Below are positions 10,599-20,968 of a stretch of DNA of 64,000 bases, in pieces. The stretch comes from a virus (lineage: Duplodnaviria > Caudoviricetes), in the IMG/VR virus record IMGVR_UViG_3300020045_004441, positions 13,056-77,055 of that record; one strand, written 5' to 3'. Under the pieces are notes generated by a model that was not told the DNA's origin, did not search any database, and saw only the letters and a program-made list of their open reading frames with translations. Position numbers and translations under genes: made by a program. Each line of letters starts with the position of its first letter. Positions within the stretch are counted from its first letter, which is position 1.

Positions 10599-11183
10599 TT
10601 ACTTCACATCCATTTCCACCAGACATGACTCGTGCTTGTTATTTTCTGAAATCATCGTGCATATTTTTATAAAATAATCATTGTTAAATACATTCTTCAT
10701 TCTGTTGATATCTTTATGAACCCATTGTACATTTCCATCTACATACCCCAATGAAGAGTCTATTCTATCTAGAGAGGCTGTTCCTGATCTATCTTTTGAC
10801 CTGGTTGGAAAATGTAATTCTATTCCAGACAATGCACACTTTTTATTCTGTTTCAAGAATAAATCCCAAATATATTCTTTAGATATAGATAATTCAACTG
10901 GAGCCCGGCTCCCTTTATCTCCATTGGCACTTCTTTCTATGCTGTGTCTCCAAAAGTTTCCAGAAATGTCTCCAATTCCAGTCCATTTGGGATGTGATTT
11001 CCCAACCGGCCTATCACATCCACAAGACTTAGTATTGCCCTGAATTAAATGGGTTCCAAGAACGTCGGTTTTATTTCCACACTCACATAGACATCTATAT
11101 CGTATGTGTCCATTTCTGGTCTTTGAGTTTATCTCTTCTACTATAAGCTTACCAAATTTTAATCCTCTTAAATCTTTTCTCAT
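10599..11183 (-). CDS. HNH homing endonuclease (free-standing)
   Basis: DLRGLKFGKL, CLCECG, SCGC, SLDRIDSSLGYVDGNVQWVHKDINRMK. Likely start MRKDL at 11183. Confidence 0.8.
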   Translation of the reverse strand: MRKDLRGLKFGKLIVEEINSKTRNGHIRYRCLCECGNKTDVLGTHLIQGNTKSCGCDRPVGKSHPKWTGIGDISGNFWRHSIERSANGDKGSRAPVELSISKEYIWDLFLKQNKKCALSGIELHFPTRSKDRSGTASLDRIDSSLGYVDGNVQWVHKDINRMKNVFNNDYFIKICTMISENNKHESCLVEMDVK

Positions 11184-11203
11184 ATACTCACATTTTATTA
11201 ATG

Positions 11204-11234
11204 CAAATATAGTAAAAATATGCGAGAATGCAAA
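11204..11234 (-). promoter_or_regulatory. Bacteroidota sigma-A type promoter for the HNH gene
   Basis: TTTG-N19-TATATTTG on the minus strand, 20 nt before the ATG at 11183. Confidence 0.7.
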
Positions 11235-11235
11235 A

Positions 11236-13113
11236 TCAGATAACCTCACACGAACCGCTTCCTCCACAAGCAACCTCTCCCATTAAAGATGTTTCATCAT
11301 ACCCTTCGATAACTTTAGTTAAATCTACATTTTTAAGATTAACTATTGCTGCATCATACTCTTCTTTAGTGCAAGATTCAAATGGAGCCTGAATATATGA
11401 ATGATTATCATGTGGCAATACAGCAATTCCACTGTATGTTTTACGATTATTCCACATCCATCCAGCAACCTCATCCCATTCATTGTCTCTGATAGATACA
11501 GTACAACTCACATTATGCTGATTATATCCACTTCTAAATCCAGGATTAACCCATTGTTCTGTAACAGCTTTAACTCTAGTAAGTAAATCTATCGCAGATT
11601 CATTTCTAATAATAGAACCTTCTGGAGCTTTTTGTGGGATCTTAATAATTGCAGTTGTTGATGCATTAAAGAAATCATCTTCAAGTAATTCTGGATTATT
11701 ATTAAGTAAATATCCATAAATACTTTCATTTTTATTCACTCGCATTCTTCTCCAATAGTAATTATCGTGCCAAGCATGAATTCCGCTAGAAGTTCCCAAT
11801 ACTAAGCTAGTTGTACCGGCCGGCTTAACGGTCGTTATTCTTGCAGCTCGCCTAATGCCAATTCTATCAGCATATTCAGCGTTTGTATCGACGGCAATAG
11901 AGGCCGCTTCTTCAAGATTATAATTAAACACTTTCATCGAAGCAATTCCAGTCATTGAAACGCCCAGTAAAGCATCTTTCTCGCAATTAGTCTTCCAAGA
12001 ATCTCGCAAATAATGAAAATCTGTATATGAAGCCTGTAATGTTCCAATTATAGATGCGGCCCTAACTCGATCATTCAAATCTTGTTGAGATTCAATATTT
12101 GAAACATTAACTTCAGTCAAATTGCAACATGCTGTGTCTCTGAGACTTATCTCGTGGCACGGGTTGAATCCCATCTCTGGATTATTAGTCCAAGATATTC
12201 CTGGCTCCCCTGCGCCTGAAGCTTTAATATAATTCCATAACTTCAAGAAGTCTTCTTTTTTAACTCTAGATCTAACAACTACTGCACTGTTATTTGCTAA
12301 TCTAAAGTGAGGATTTGTGTCCCACCAATTGCCAGATTTACATGAAAGCATGTCTGTATCATCAATTGTAAACAATGCTATTAGCGATGCTCTTCTTATT
12401 CCACCCGACAATACTGCATCTGCGATGTGACACATAATTGAATGTGCCTCCAGTGTTGATAATTGATCTCCATCATTTTTAGACTCAAGAATTCCTTGAA
12501 TTTTGACCAAGCACTCTCTTAGCGGCCTAGCTCCAGGAGCTTTTCCACCTGATGTAATTAATAATGAGCCCTTAGCTCTAATTTCTCTAAAATCAAAATC
12601 TATAGATGAATTTGATAATCCAAAATACGATTTTATCAAAACCTTAACTGCATCTGCCCACCCCTGAATACTATCAGATATAACATATCTACGGCGTCTG
12701 TTGATATTAGGCTTTCTAATTAATGGAAGCTTGGCTACGTGATGCTTCTGTACAGAATATCCCAGCCCACAGCCGCTTAGCAATAAAAACATTGCTTCCT
12801 GAAATATTCTTATATCGTTAACTGCGGCATAAGAGCAGTTATACAATCTTGCTGGGTTGATTTTGGCTGCCTTACCAGCAAACTGAAGACTCCTCATCGA
12901 CGGAAGAACCTTCTTGTCATACACGTATTGATACGCATCTCGAATGTCTTTTTGTAATGATGGAAACTTCTCAATATGCATTTCCATATTACGAGTAACT
13001 ATTTCACTCCAAGACTCTCGCCTATTCTTTTCGGGTAAAAACCTAGCATATTTATTAAAAATAGTGATTTCACTCAATATCTCTCTGCTCACATCTCTCT
13101 CACTATCGCTCAT
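11236..13113 (-). CDS. nrdJ: Class II (adenosylcobalamin-dependent) ribonucleotide reductase
   Basis: PSMRSLQFAG, LYNCSY, NPCHEISL, CNLTEVN, TTVKPAGTTSL, C-terminal ACGGSGSCEV. No beta-subunit gene nearby. Confidence 0.9.
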   Translation of the reverse strand: MSDSERDVSREILSEITIFNKYARFLPEKNRRESWSEIVTRNMEMHIEKFPSLQKDIRDAYQYVYDKKVLPSMRSLQFAGKAAKINPARLYNCSYAAVNDIRIFQEAMFLLLSGCGLGYSVQKHHVAKLPLIRKPNINRRRRYVISDSIQGWADAVKVLIKSYFGLSNSSIDFDFREIRAKGSLLITSGGKAPGARPLRECLVKIQGILESKNDGDQLSTLEAHSIMCHIADAVLSGGIRRASLIALFTIDDTDMLSCKSGNWWDTNPHFRLANNSAVVVRSRVKKEDFLKLWNYIKASGAGEPGISWTNNPEMGFNPCHEISLRDTACCNLTEVNVSNIESQQDLNDRVRAASIIGTLQASYTDFHYLRDSWKTNCEKDALLGVSMTGIASMKVFNYNLEEAASIAVDTNAEYADRIGIRRAARITTVKPAGTTSLVLGTSSGIHAWHDNYYWRRMRVNKNESIYGYLLNNNPELLEDDFFNASTTAIIKIPQKAPEGSIIRNESAIDLLTRVKAVTEQWVNPGFRSGYNQHNVSCTVSIRDNEWDEVAGWMWNNRKTYSGIAVLPHDNHSYIQAPFESCTKEEYDAAIVNLKNVDLTKVIEGYDETSLMGEVACGGSGSCEVI

Positions 13114-13123
13114 ATCAATCTCC

Positions 13124-14520
13124 TTAATTAGTTATGTGATCCATTAAATCTAAAATTATCTCCTCTGGAGTCTTATTATCCTGATTAAGCACTTCCAGTA
13201 ATTCATTTTTAGAAAACTTAGGTTTATCATCTGGCAGCAATTCTGGCTCTGGAATATACCTTTCAAATTGACTAAAATGAAATCCAAGCGCCTTATCATC
13301 TCCATGATCATTTCTACTAGTCACAACATCGTAACCTCTGTAATTAGGATCTGTAACTCTAAGCCTTTTATCGCGATATGTACTATTCTTATCTGTTACG
13401 AGAATTATATCTCCAACAGCATATTTTTCATTAGCTTTCACTGGAATTGGTCTCATTGGCTTCTGTTGTTTAATTTTAACTGGCTCTTGTGCAGAATAAG
13501 CATCCTCGTTGCCAGAATTGTAAAAATCTTGAATTGTAGCCACTTCAACGCCATCTAATCCAATTAGGAATGCCTCATATGACGAGTCTAATATCGTGAG
13601 AATTGTAGTCCCAGAAAAATTAGGATGACTTTGTTCTTTGACAACTCTATAAAATTTATCTCTAATTGGTAATACATTGTTTGTTATATTAGCTCCCCAA
13701 AATCCCGCGTCAAGCGTTGCCCCTAAAGTTGGATATGTACATCCAGGATCTATTACTTTAACGTAATCCATATTTAAATGTAAAATGTTTCTAATATTTT
13801 ATCTGGTATAGAGCTTAACTCCATATCCTTATCAATAGTTAATGCTAATCGTTTCTCCAGGTCTTTTCTAAGGAGTTCATCCTTATCTAAGACTCGCTTA
13901 ACTCTATCAGCATCTTTATATTTATGAATATCCAATATGTATTTAACTATTAAATCCTTAGCTTCTTGTCTAAACTCAGAGAATTTGCCTCGTTGATAAC
14001 AATTATATTCATGTAAATATTCATCTGGGAATTTAAATACAATAGAAGCCGTATCATCTTCCTCTATGTAATCCTGACAATATTCATTTGCCTTAAGCTC
14101 TTGAATATATGCCAAGAATCCTTCATTATCATTAGATAGGTATGAAATTATAATGATATTGCCAACGTCGCCACCGAAATGATGAGTATAAACATTATCA
14201 AGCATTACATAATAATCTCCATCTATCTTGCAATATTCATTTAGTAGTGGTATTAAATAACTATAACTTTTATTCAGCATATCTTTCTCTCCAATCTTTA
14301 CGTCGCTTAATATAGTTATAAATCATATATGGATACTATCAATTGTAAATTGAGGCGTTATGTCGTCTTTATTTAATCTCATTGGAACCGACAGCTCATC
14401 GTTATCATACCTCAACTTTAACATGTCGATTATGTCATCTTCAAATAATTTTAAATGTTGTATTGATACAATCTTGCCTTCTTTGTCTTTGAGCCAATAA
14501 TCTATATCTATTTGTAGCAT
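13124..14520 (-). other. Three hypothetical CDS (13124-13771, 13774-14280, 14323-14520)
   Basis: Closely packed ORFs with no recognised motif. Confidence 0.6.
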
Positions 14521-14521
14521 A

Positions 14522-15520
14522 TTATAATTCTAATATTTTATTTTCAATAAATTTTCTATCAACCTCAACCTCTGGATTCTGAGAATAAAACATATAATCA
14601 TCTAATAATTCATATACACCTTTTTCTTTCTCGCCAAAGACATTTTCAAAGCCATATAGCCCCTTTTTATGCCATTCTGAGCCCATATTCCAAATGAATG
14701 GGAATTTGTCTGACCTAGAATAAACAATGAATTTAAAGTCCTCTAATGCATATCCAAGCTGAAGTTCATCTCGCATCCAATTTGATAGAGCCTCTTTGTA
14801 AAGGCTACCCTGTAGGTAATATCCCATTTTAACAAAATGATGTTTAAACGCTGGCATATGCATCTCAGTAGCCTTAAGATCGTATGGAGTTACTGTTTTG
14901 TTTAAATTATCAATAATTACTAAATCGAGCATAGTCTTCACTTGAACGCCATTAATTTCAGCTATAATCATCACTTGAGTCAAAACTTCAATATCTTTAC
15001 TAGGATTAAATATCCACGAAGTATTTGGATGTGATTTAATGATCATTTCAGCATCACAACATTCAGCTAGTGTATCTGGAGTGAATATGGTTTTTCCAGC
15101 AGAGTCAACTCTTGCTTGAATATAATTCCAGAATAAATCTGTATCAAACTTAGCTATACGCTTGTCGTAATCTTTAACTCCACCGAATAGTCCTAATGCT
15201 TGAGATACAGCCTCAACGCTCACATTATTTTTAATATAATTATTGAGTTCTTCAGGTTCGTTTTTAATTAGGTAATCTGCCAGCTCTAATAACTGTGCTG
15301 TTGGCTTCTCTGCTGCATCAAAATAGAACTTATTATCGAACTCATGTGCTGTAATTAATTTACAATCTAGTAAGCTACCAAAATCTATTGCTTCAGAGTC
15401 ATACTTTTTAGAGTACTTTAAGGCTCTTGGGCCACTCTCATCTATCCTTTTGAGCAATGAATAAGAGGGCATTGGTAGCCCCCTATATTCACTCTCAGAT
15501 ATATTAAGTCTTTCTGTCAT
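14522..15520 (-). CDS. PD-(D/E)XK exonuclease (RecE/ExoVIII-like)
   Basis: SYSLLK, FGSLLDC, KTMLDLVIID...YDLKAT, YYLQGSLY. Confidence 0.75.
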   Translation of the reverse strand: MTERLNISESEYRGLPMPSYSLLKRIDESGPRALKYSKKYDSEAIDFGSLLDCKLITAHEFDNKFYFDAAEKPTAQLLELADYLIKNEPEELNNYIKNNVSVEAVSQALGLFGGVKDYDKRIAKFDTDLFWNYIQARVDSAGKTIFTPDTLAECCDAEMIIKSHPNTSWIFNPSKDIEVLTQVMIIAEINGVQVKTMLDLVIIDNLNKTVTPYDLKATEMHMPAFKHHFVKMGYYLQGSLYKEALSNWMRDELQLGYALEDFKFIVYSRSDKFPFIWNMGSEWHKKGLYGFENVFGEKEKGVYELLDDYMFYSQNPEVEVDRKFIENKILEL

Positions 15521-15890
15521 TAATTTCTATGCATTTATCTAAATTAATTTTTACCAAACATAAAACCATATTACTTCCATTCGTACTGATATACTCAATC
15601 TTTTGAATATCCTTACATAATGGTTTTAATTTTGGTAATATTTTTTCTGCCATTATATACTGTAGGTCAATAACCATCTGGGTTTTATCTGTAACCCTAC
15701 ATGCCGTTTCGAGAAATAAACTTAACTCAGGATCACTTAAATGTCGCAATTGTTTGGCCTGCATTAGGCTGAATGTTTGACAATTACCAAATGGGCTGTG
15801 CACTATTTGAATAGTATCACATAATCCATCATAGTCAACAGCCCATATTTTAGGATGTACCCTGCTTATTAGTTCTACTTTAAATTCCAT
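15504..15890 (-). CDS. Hypothetical protein (CCG-like domain family)
   Basis: PFGNCQTFSL...YISTNGSNMVLCLVKINL; resembles 9714-10592 and the C-terminus of 33140-34366. Confidence 0.5.
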   Translation of the reverse strand: MEFKVELISRVHPKIWAVDYDGLCDTIQIVHSPFGNCQTFSLMQAKQLRHLSDPELSLFLETACRVTDKTQMVIDLQYIMAEKILPKLKPLCKDIQKIEYISTNGSNMVLCLVKINLDKCIEINDRKT

Positions 15891-15892
15891 AA

Positions 15893-16126
15893 CTATGAAT
15901 TAAGTTCATAATACTCCATTGTTTTATTATACAGATTATCAGCAATTTCTTCAGCCTTTGAATTATCCATCTCAGCAAAGTAATCAACGAGTTCATCGCT
16001 GATTATCCTTGCCGTATCAAGATTATTAGAATTGATGTTCTTCTTATATATATTAATGACATCTTTATTGTTTTTAGACATTAAGACCATTAACATATCT
16101 GCAATTCTAAATAGTTCGTCTTTCAT
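15893..16126 (-). CDS. Hypothetical protein
   Basis: 77-aa ORF coupled to the amidoligase stop codon. Confidence 0.55.
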   Translation of the reverse strand: MKDELFRIADMLMVLMSKNNKDVINIYKKNINSNNLDTARIISDELVDYFAEMDNSKAEEIADNLYNKTMEYYELNS

Positions 16127-17562
16127 CCTAAAACACTATAAGGTGGCACAATTAAATCCTCAAGAAGTTCTTTATCTCCCTGAGCATCCATATTAACCAT
16201 ATAATCCTTCCGCCATTGCACATATCCACTTAAAATTGTTGCCAATTCTGGTAAATATACGTCGCTGAATATAGAATTTAAGTTAACAGTTCTCAAATCA
16301 CTAAAATTAGCAATCTCATCTTTATGTTTTTCAACATAAGCCATTACAGCATTACAGATAAATAGCCAATTAAGCATTTTGTGAGGGTTCTGAGTGATTG
16401 TATGAAGTCTGAATTCATGCGTGCCCGATCCACCCCAAATCATTGGTATACAGTTAGTTATGAAATATCTCTGAGAAATATTCCATTTCTGTCTGTTCTC
16501 TCTATCTAGAGGATGATTCTTTACACCAAATCCTTCAAAATGACCATTACCTCCAGAATAAAAATTATATAATGCTTCAAAATTCTGATCAACAGTATTA
16601 TTTTTCAATAATCTAATGTTCTTAATTGGAGCACAATAATCTTTCTCTTTGAATTTATTTTCAGATGTGAACTGATAATTACTTGGAAACATACTATAAA
16701 GCTCATCCTGAATTCTCAGCATAACTCTATGCATTGCTACAACAAACGCTTTAGATGGAGCATATCCGCCAATATGTAAATGAAGAGAACATTTCTTACC
16801 TATAGTGGTATATTTCTGAATTAAATCAGCAATATCAACCATAGTATGAACACCTTTCTCTCCACTTAATGGGATTGTTGTGAATTCAAATGGCTCAATA
16901 CCATCGTGTCTTAAACTGCCATCTCTAAGTGGAATTAATCCATTCTTAAAGCATTTCTGTTCAGGTATATAACCATCAGCAGTCTCCACTTCAAAGCCAA
17001 ACGTCTTGTCATTCAGCTCTTTAGCGAATTTGGCTAGTTTTGGAAGATACTTACTTGGCGTATAAGCCTTATCATAAGCTTCTTTGAATTGCTTAATCTT
17101 AGGCCCAGCACTGTAAGATAAATCAAATGAATATCTAGCGCCAATGCCTTTCTTATTAAGTCGCTCGTTAGATAGCTTGCCTTTAGGATAGAATGTTCCG
17201 GTGGAAATCTCTTCAACGAATCCAAGTTTATTTGGAATCTCATCAGAAATACATATTACATCATTCATCCTAACGTTCTTTAGTGGATTTGGAGAGAAAT
17301 AACCATTAATGGCAACTCCCTTATCGTCAACTCCAACAATGCCCTCATATAGCTCAGTGTTTTCTAATAGAACCCACCTCTGAGCCTCATGGTCAAATGC
17401 GATTAATCCATTGTTAATTCTGTGCCATTTATTATCTGGCATCAAAAAACAATCTACATTAATCTCATAATATTCATTTTTAATATAACGACATTTATTT
17501 CTTGGAACTAATTTACCATTAACAGTTGTTACTGTAAAATCTTTTGTATTAGAAATTGTCAT
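16123..17562 (-). CDS. Putative amidoligase (COOH-NH2 ligase, Amidoligase_2-like)
   Basis: FGFEVET, RDGSL...EFTTIPL, CSLHLHIG, DYC, RY...N, THEFRLHTITQN..K..NW. Confidence 0.8.
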   Translation of the reverse strand: MTISNTKDFTVTTVNGKLVPRNKCRYIKNEYYEINVDCFLMPDNKWHRINNGLIAFDHEAQRWVLLENTELYEGIVGVDDKGVAINGYFSPNPLKNVRMNDVICISDEIPNKLGFVEEISTGTFYPKGKLSNERLNKKGIGARYSFDLSYSAGPKIKQFKEAYDKAYTPSKYLPKLAKFAKELNDKTFGFEVETADGYIPEQKCFKNGLIPLRDGSLRHDGIEPFEFTTIPLSGEKGVHTMVDIADLIQKYTTIGKKCSLHLHIGGYAPSKAFVVAMHRVMLRIQDELYSMFPSNYQFTSENKFKEKDYCAPIKNIRLLKNNTVDQNFEALYNFYSGGNGHFEGFGVKNHPLDRENRQKWNISQRYFITNCIPMIWGGSGTHEFRLHTITQNPHKMLNWLFICNAVMAYVEKHKDEIANFSDLRTVNLNSIFSDVYLPELATILSGYVQWRKDYMVNMDAQGDKELLEDLIVPPYSVLG

Positions 17563-19465
17563 ATCCTGTAACTAGGGTGAATTTTTTAAATTTATTTTCT
17601 TCGAGTAAAATATCTTCCAACTTGGATAGATTATTAATAGACATAGCTGCATCTTGTGTTGAAATACCAGACACTTCAATGTCATTACGACAAGCATCAA
17701 TTGCCATCAGAATAGCACTTAACCCATCATTTAAAGCTGTTTTAAGCAAGGAAGCATCGGAACTTATTGCGTCATCAATATAACCCAATCCTCTGCATAG
17801 CGAGCAAACGTTCATATTTGCATCATCGCCAGTACCATTGCAGTCTGGACATAATATACAATTTTCAGGCAAATCATCATCGCTTGGCCCAGCCTCAGAT
17901 GCAACTTCAATTTCTTCCTTGAGTTTATTATGCTTATCTAAGATGGCATCCATCTCATCTTCACATTGTTTACATGTGCATGTTGTTGGATGTTGAATTA
18001 AATCACCAGCTTTTTCTGTATAAACTACTGGTAATGTAATAATCTTAGTCTCAGTCTTTTCGTGAACTGGCTTATTTATGACAGCAAGAAACTCAACACT
18101 TATTAAACTACCACCAGCAAATCTATACTTCTTTGTACTAAATAATGGTGTTACATTTCCAGTAAATAATGGAGCCTTGCATTGCATTGCTGCTGGATTT
18201 TTAAGCCATACTCTAGCGTTATCATATGTTGGTAGCTCATGATCTAATGTACATACTGGATATTCAGCATATTCACATATTTTCATTACGTTCATTTCAG
18301 TGTCATTGAAATGCCTAGCTTTACCAAGATTACGTCTACACTTATCAAATGCATCTTTATCTTTAAGCATTATTCCACGATAGAAATAATATGGCTTTTC
18401 ATCAGAAGCACATGCATATTCGCCTTTAACGCCACTCTCATCAAGATTAATAATACCATTAGCATAAGTTGGAGTTACGCCATCAAACATAAAGTAATAC
18501 CTCAATCTTGCGCAAATAATCTTTTTAGGATTAAAGTTTTTACAGATCATGTCTTTCTTGATGCTTAATTTAAATGTCTCTTTAACTTGTGGATACGCTG
18601 ATTCGTAATAAGCTGCAATTGCCTCTGCATTACCATAGCCATCATCCCAATCGTCAGTTCTACCATAACCATAATGCTTAGTACTAGAATTATTGGCAGT
18701 ATTTACATATGTTGTTGTTGGCCATATTTTATTCTGAGAACAATCTTTTCTATCGAACACTTGCTCGCTAATTATCTGACCACCAAAAATTGTATATAAT
18801 TTATTTGGCTCAAAATCCACCACGTTATCAGCATCACCACCAATAAAATATAATCCATCACACTTTGATGAAATATACATTGAGGTTTCTGACTCTTGAT
18901 AATAACACAATGGACGCTCTTCTTCAACTTTGACTCCATATGTTTTAGATAAACCTTTAAATACCTTTAAAGTATCAGGCTCTCTATCGTCCTTAATAAT
19001 TATTGCAGCTGCACCATTGTATTCAAGCAATACTCCAAAACCATAATTCATAATAATTTCAGCAAATACCATTGAGTCAGATTTTCCTTTCTTATCAATA
19101 TTGTATTTCTTAGCAAGCTCTTCCCAATTATGGAGAGTGCCATTATGAATCATTATGAATCTACCTGAACCATCTGGTAAATCAAGTACTACCGGCTGAG
19201 CTGTAGCTTCTGATATCTCACCAACACTAGCTTTTCTAGTGTGACCCAAGGCGATGTGCGATGGGTCACTATTCTTCGTGTTGATAACATAATCTTGATA
19301 TGTTGTTTTAGCTTTCTTTGATACAAATTTATCAATCGTCTCTCCAACAATTCTACCAATGGAATCACCTCCACGCTCATCGTTGTCTAATCCAAGATGA
19401 TTAAATTTATCCCAATTGAAGTTGTGATTATTTCTTAAACTGTTGTAGGCCCAAAGTCCACACAT
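17549..19465 (-). CDS. Class II (Ntn) glutamine amidotransferase with a long C-terminal extension
   Basis: N-terminal MCG nucleophile, ERGGDSIG, LGHTRKASVG, AQPV, HNGTLHNW, SDS. C-terminal CPDCNGTG/CSLCRGLG. Confidence 0.85.
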   Translation of the reverse strand: MCGLWAYNSLRNNHNFNWDKFNHLGLDNDERGGDSIGRIVGETIDKFVSKKAKTTYQDYVINTKNSDPSHIALGHTRKASVGEISEATAQPVVLDLPDGSGRFIMIHNGTLHNWEELAKKYNIDKKGKSDSMVFAEIIMNYGFGVLLEYNGAAAIIIKDDREPDTLKVFKGLSKTYGVKVEEERPLCYYQESETSMYISSKCDGLYFIGGDADNVVDFEPNKLYTIFGGQIISEQVFDRKDCSQNKIWPTTTYVNTANNSSTKHYGYGRTDDWDDGYGNAEAIAAYYESAYPQVKETFKLSIKKDMICKNFNPKKIICARLRYYFMFDGVTPTYANGIINLDESGVKGEYACASDEKPYYFYRGIMLKDKDAFDKCRRNLGKARHFNDTEMNVMKICEYAEYPVCTLDHELPTYDNARVWLKNPAAMQCKAPLFTGNVTPLFSTKKYRFAGGSLISVEFLAVINKPVHEKTETKIITLPVVYTEKAGDLIQHPTTCTCKQCEDEMDAILDKHNKLKEEIEVASEAGPSDDDLPENCILCPDCNGTGDDANMNVCSLCRGLGYIDDAISSDASLLKTALNDGLSAILMAIDACRNDIEVSGISTQDAAMSINNLSKLEDILLEENKFKKFTLVTGYDNF

Positions 19466-19493
19466 AAGTTGTTGATTATTAGTTAATTACTAT

Positions 19494-19856
19494 TTATTTT
19501 ATTAATTTAAGTGCAGCTAACAGTCCAGCTTCTAATGCAAGCTCGTAAGATTCAAATTTACCCCAATTAGTTGACTCTTCGTGATATGGCAGTGAATAAT
19601 GATATATTTTGGTTTGACCATTAAACATTCCAGATCTTATTGTTATATTAATTTTATGAACTTCTCGGAGCCAACGTTGTAATAGACTTTGAGTTGGAGC
19701 TGAAATAAAATCTATACAATTTTGAGAGTTCCAATCATACATTAATGAAGTTCTATCGGTCAGTATTTCTTGACGATACATTTGATAGACCTTCCAGTCA
19801 AAATCTTTATCCTTGGCTAGTCTCGCAGTTTGCAGTGACACTAATTGCTCTTGCAT
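19494..19856 (-). CDS. Hypothetical phage protein
   Basis: VSLQTARLAK...SAPTQSLLQRWLRE pattern, common in Bacteroidota phages. Confidence 0.6.
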   Translation of the reverse strand: MQEQLVSLQTARLAKDKDFDWKVYQMYRQEILTDRTSLMYDWNSQNCIDFISAPTQSLLQRWLREVHKINITIRSGMFNGQTKIYHYSLPYHEESTNWGKFESYELALEAGLLAALKLIK

Positions 19857-20673
19857 CTTCTTTAATTAATTGTTCATTTAAATCAATACCAAGCACCATA
19901 TATTGGTTCATAGTAAATTCAGCATTTTCAGTTACTGGAGCTTTAACATAATCCAATAGTCTAAGATTTTCATAATTAGCACAATATTGCACAGCTTTGA
20001 TAGTTTGTTCGTAAGTCCAAGCCAAATGTTCTTCAGCGGTAAAATGTCCACCTAAAGCGCGACACTCAATTCCATAGGCTGGACAATCACGATATACGCC
20101 ATAATTACCATAATATTTAGCCCTAAATTCATCATTGTGATGTTGTCTAGCTGGATACACTACGAAGTAATCAAATGCCTTAGCAATATAACGATTCATC
20201 TGACGCTTATCCAAAACCCCTGCAACCATATGATAACCAACATGATGGTGATGACCAGCTACTCGAACTGGCATAAAACTCATATTCTCAGCAGAAAAAC
20301 TACCTAACTCCCAAGCGTTTTTATACGCTGAGCAGCCAAACACATTTGCCTCTGGATGCTCTAAAAATCTAGGTTTGAATCGCATTGAATCAGCTGAATG
20401 AAGTTGTAATCCTGCAATAGCAAGAACACTATTCATCATTGATTTAAGGGTCTTCATAGACGCTACAAACTCATCAACATTCTTGGCTGGTGGAATGTTC
20501 CCCTCAACTAAAACATTGTCTTTAAGGAGCGCAAAACCACCTCCTTGGTCTTCTGGAGACTCTTTGGTTCCGTTAAATATTCCAATTGATGGAAATGCAT
20601 CACCTTTTTTATCTACAATGAAAAATTCTGGATCTGATCCAATTGTTATATTATCTAAATCAATTAAATTCAT
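19807..20673 (-). CDS. phiEco32-like COOH-NH2 ligase type 2
   Basis: IGSDPEFF, KDNVLVEGNIPP, FGCS, AGHHHHVGY, R..YYG..G.YR, YGIECRALGG. Confidence 0.85.
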   Translation of the reverse strand: MNLIDLDNITIGSDPEFFIVDKKGDAFPSIGIFNGTKESPEDQGGGFALLKDNVLVEGNIPPAKNVDEFVASMKTLKSMMNSVLAIAGLQLHSADSMRFKPRFLEHPEANVFGCSAYKNAWELGSFSAENMSFMPVRVAGHHHHVGYHMVAGVLDKRQMNRYIAKAFDYFVVYPARQHHNDEFRAKYYGNYGVYRDCPAYGIECRALGGHFTAEEHLAWTYEQTIKAVQYCANYENLRLLDYVKAPVTENAEFTMNQYMVLGIDLNEQLIKEDARAISVTANCETSQG

Positions 20674-20960
20674 TATTGTTGTTTTTGTTTGTTGTAATAT
20701 TTTATGAATTCAACTACTGTTCTCCAAAGAGAATTAATATTAACCTCAATCAATGCATCATTAAGTTTAAATTGATGATTAGATAAATTATTTTCAATTA
20801 AATCATATTTTTCAAAACATCTCTCAACTACTGGCATTAACCAATCCCAAGATTTATTATATTTTAATGATTGTAAACACAATAAATCTTTATTACCTTT
20901 TGATACTTTCATGAAGTTATCAATCAATTTATTTCCTTTAATTATCTCCGTTGAATTCAT
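20673..20960 (-). CDS. Hypothetical phage protein
   Basis: KYNKSWDWLMPVVE motif. Confidence 0.6.
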   Translation of the reverse strand: MNSTEIIKGNKLIDNFMKVSKGNKDLLCLQSLKYNKSWDWLMPVVERCFEKYDLIENNLSNHQFKLNDALIEVNINSLWRTVVEFIKYYNKQKQQ

Positions 20961-20968
20961 GATTTAAT

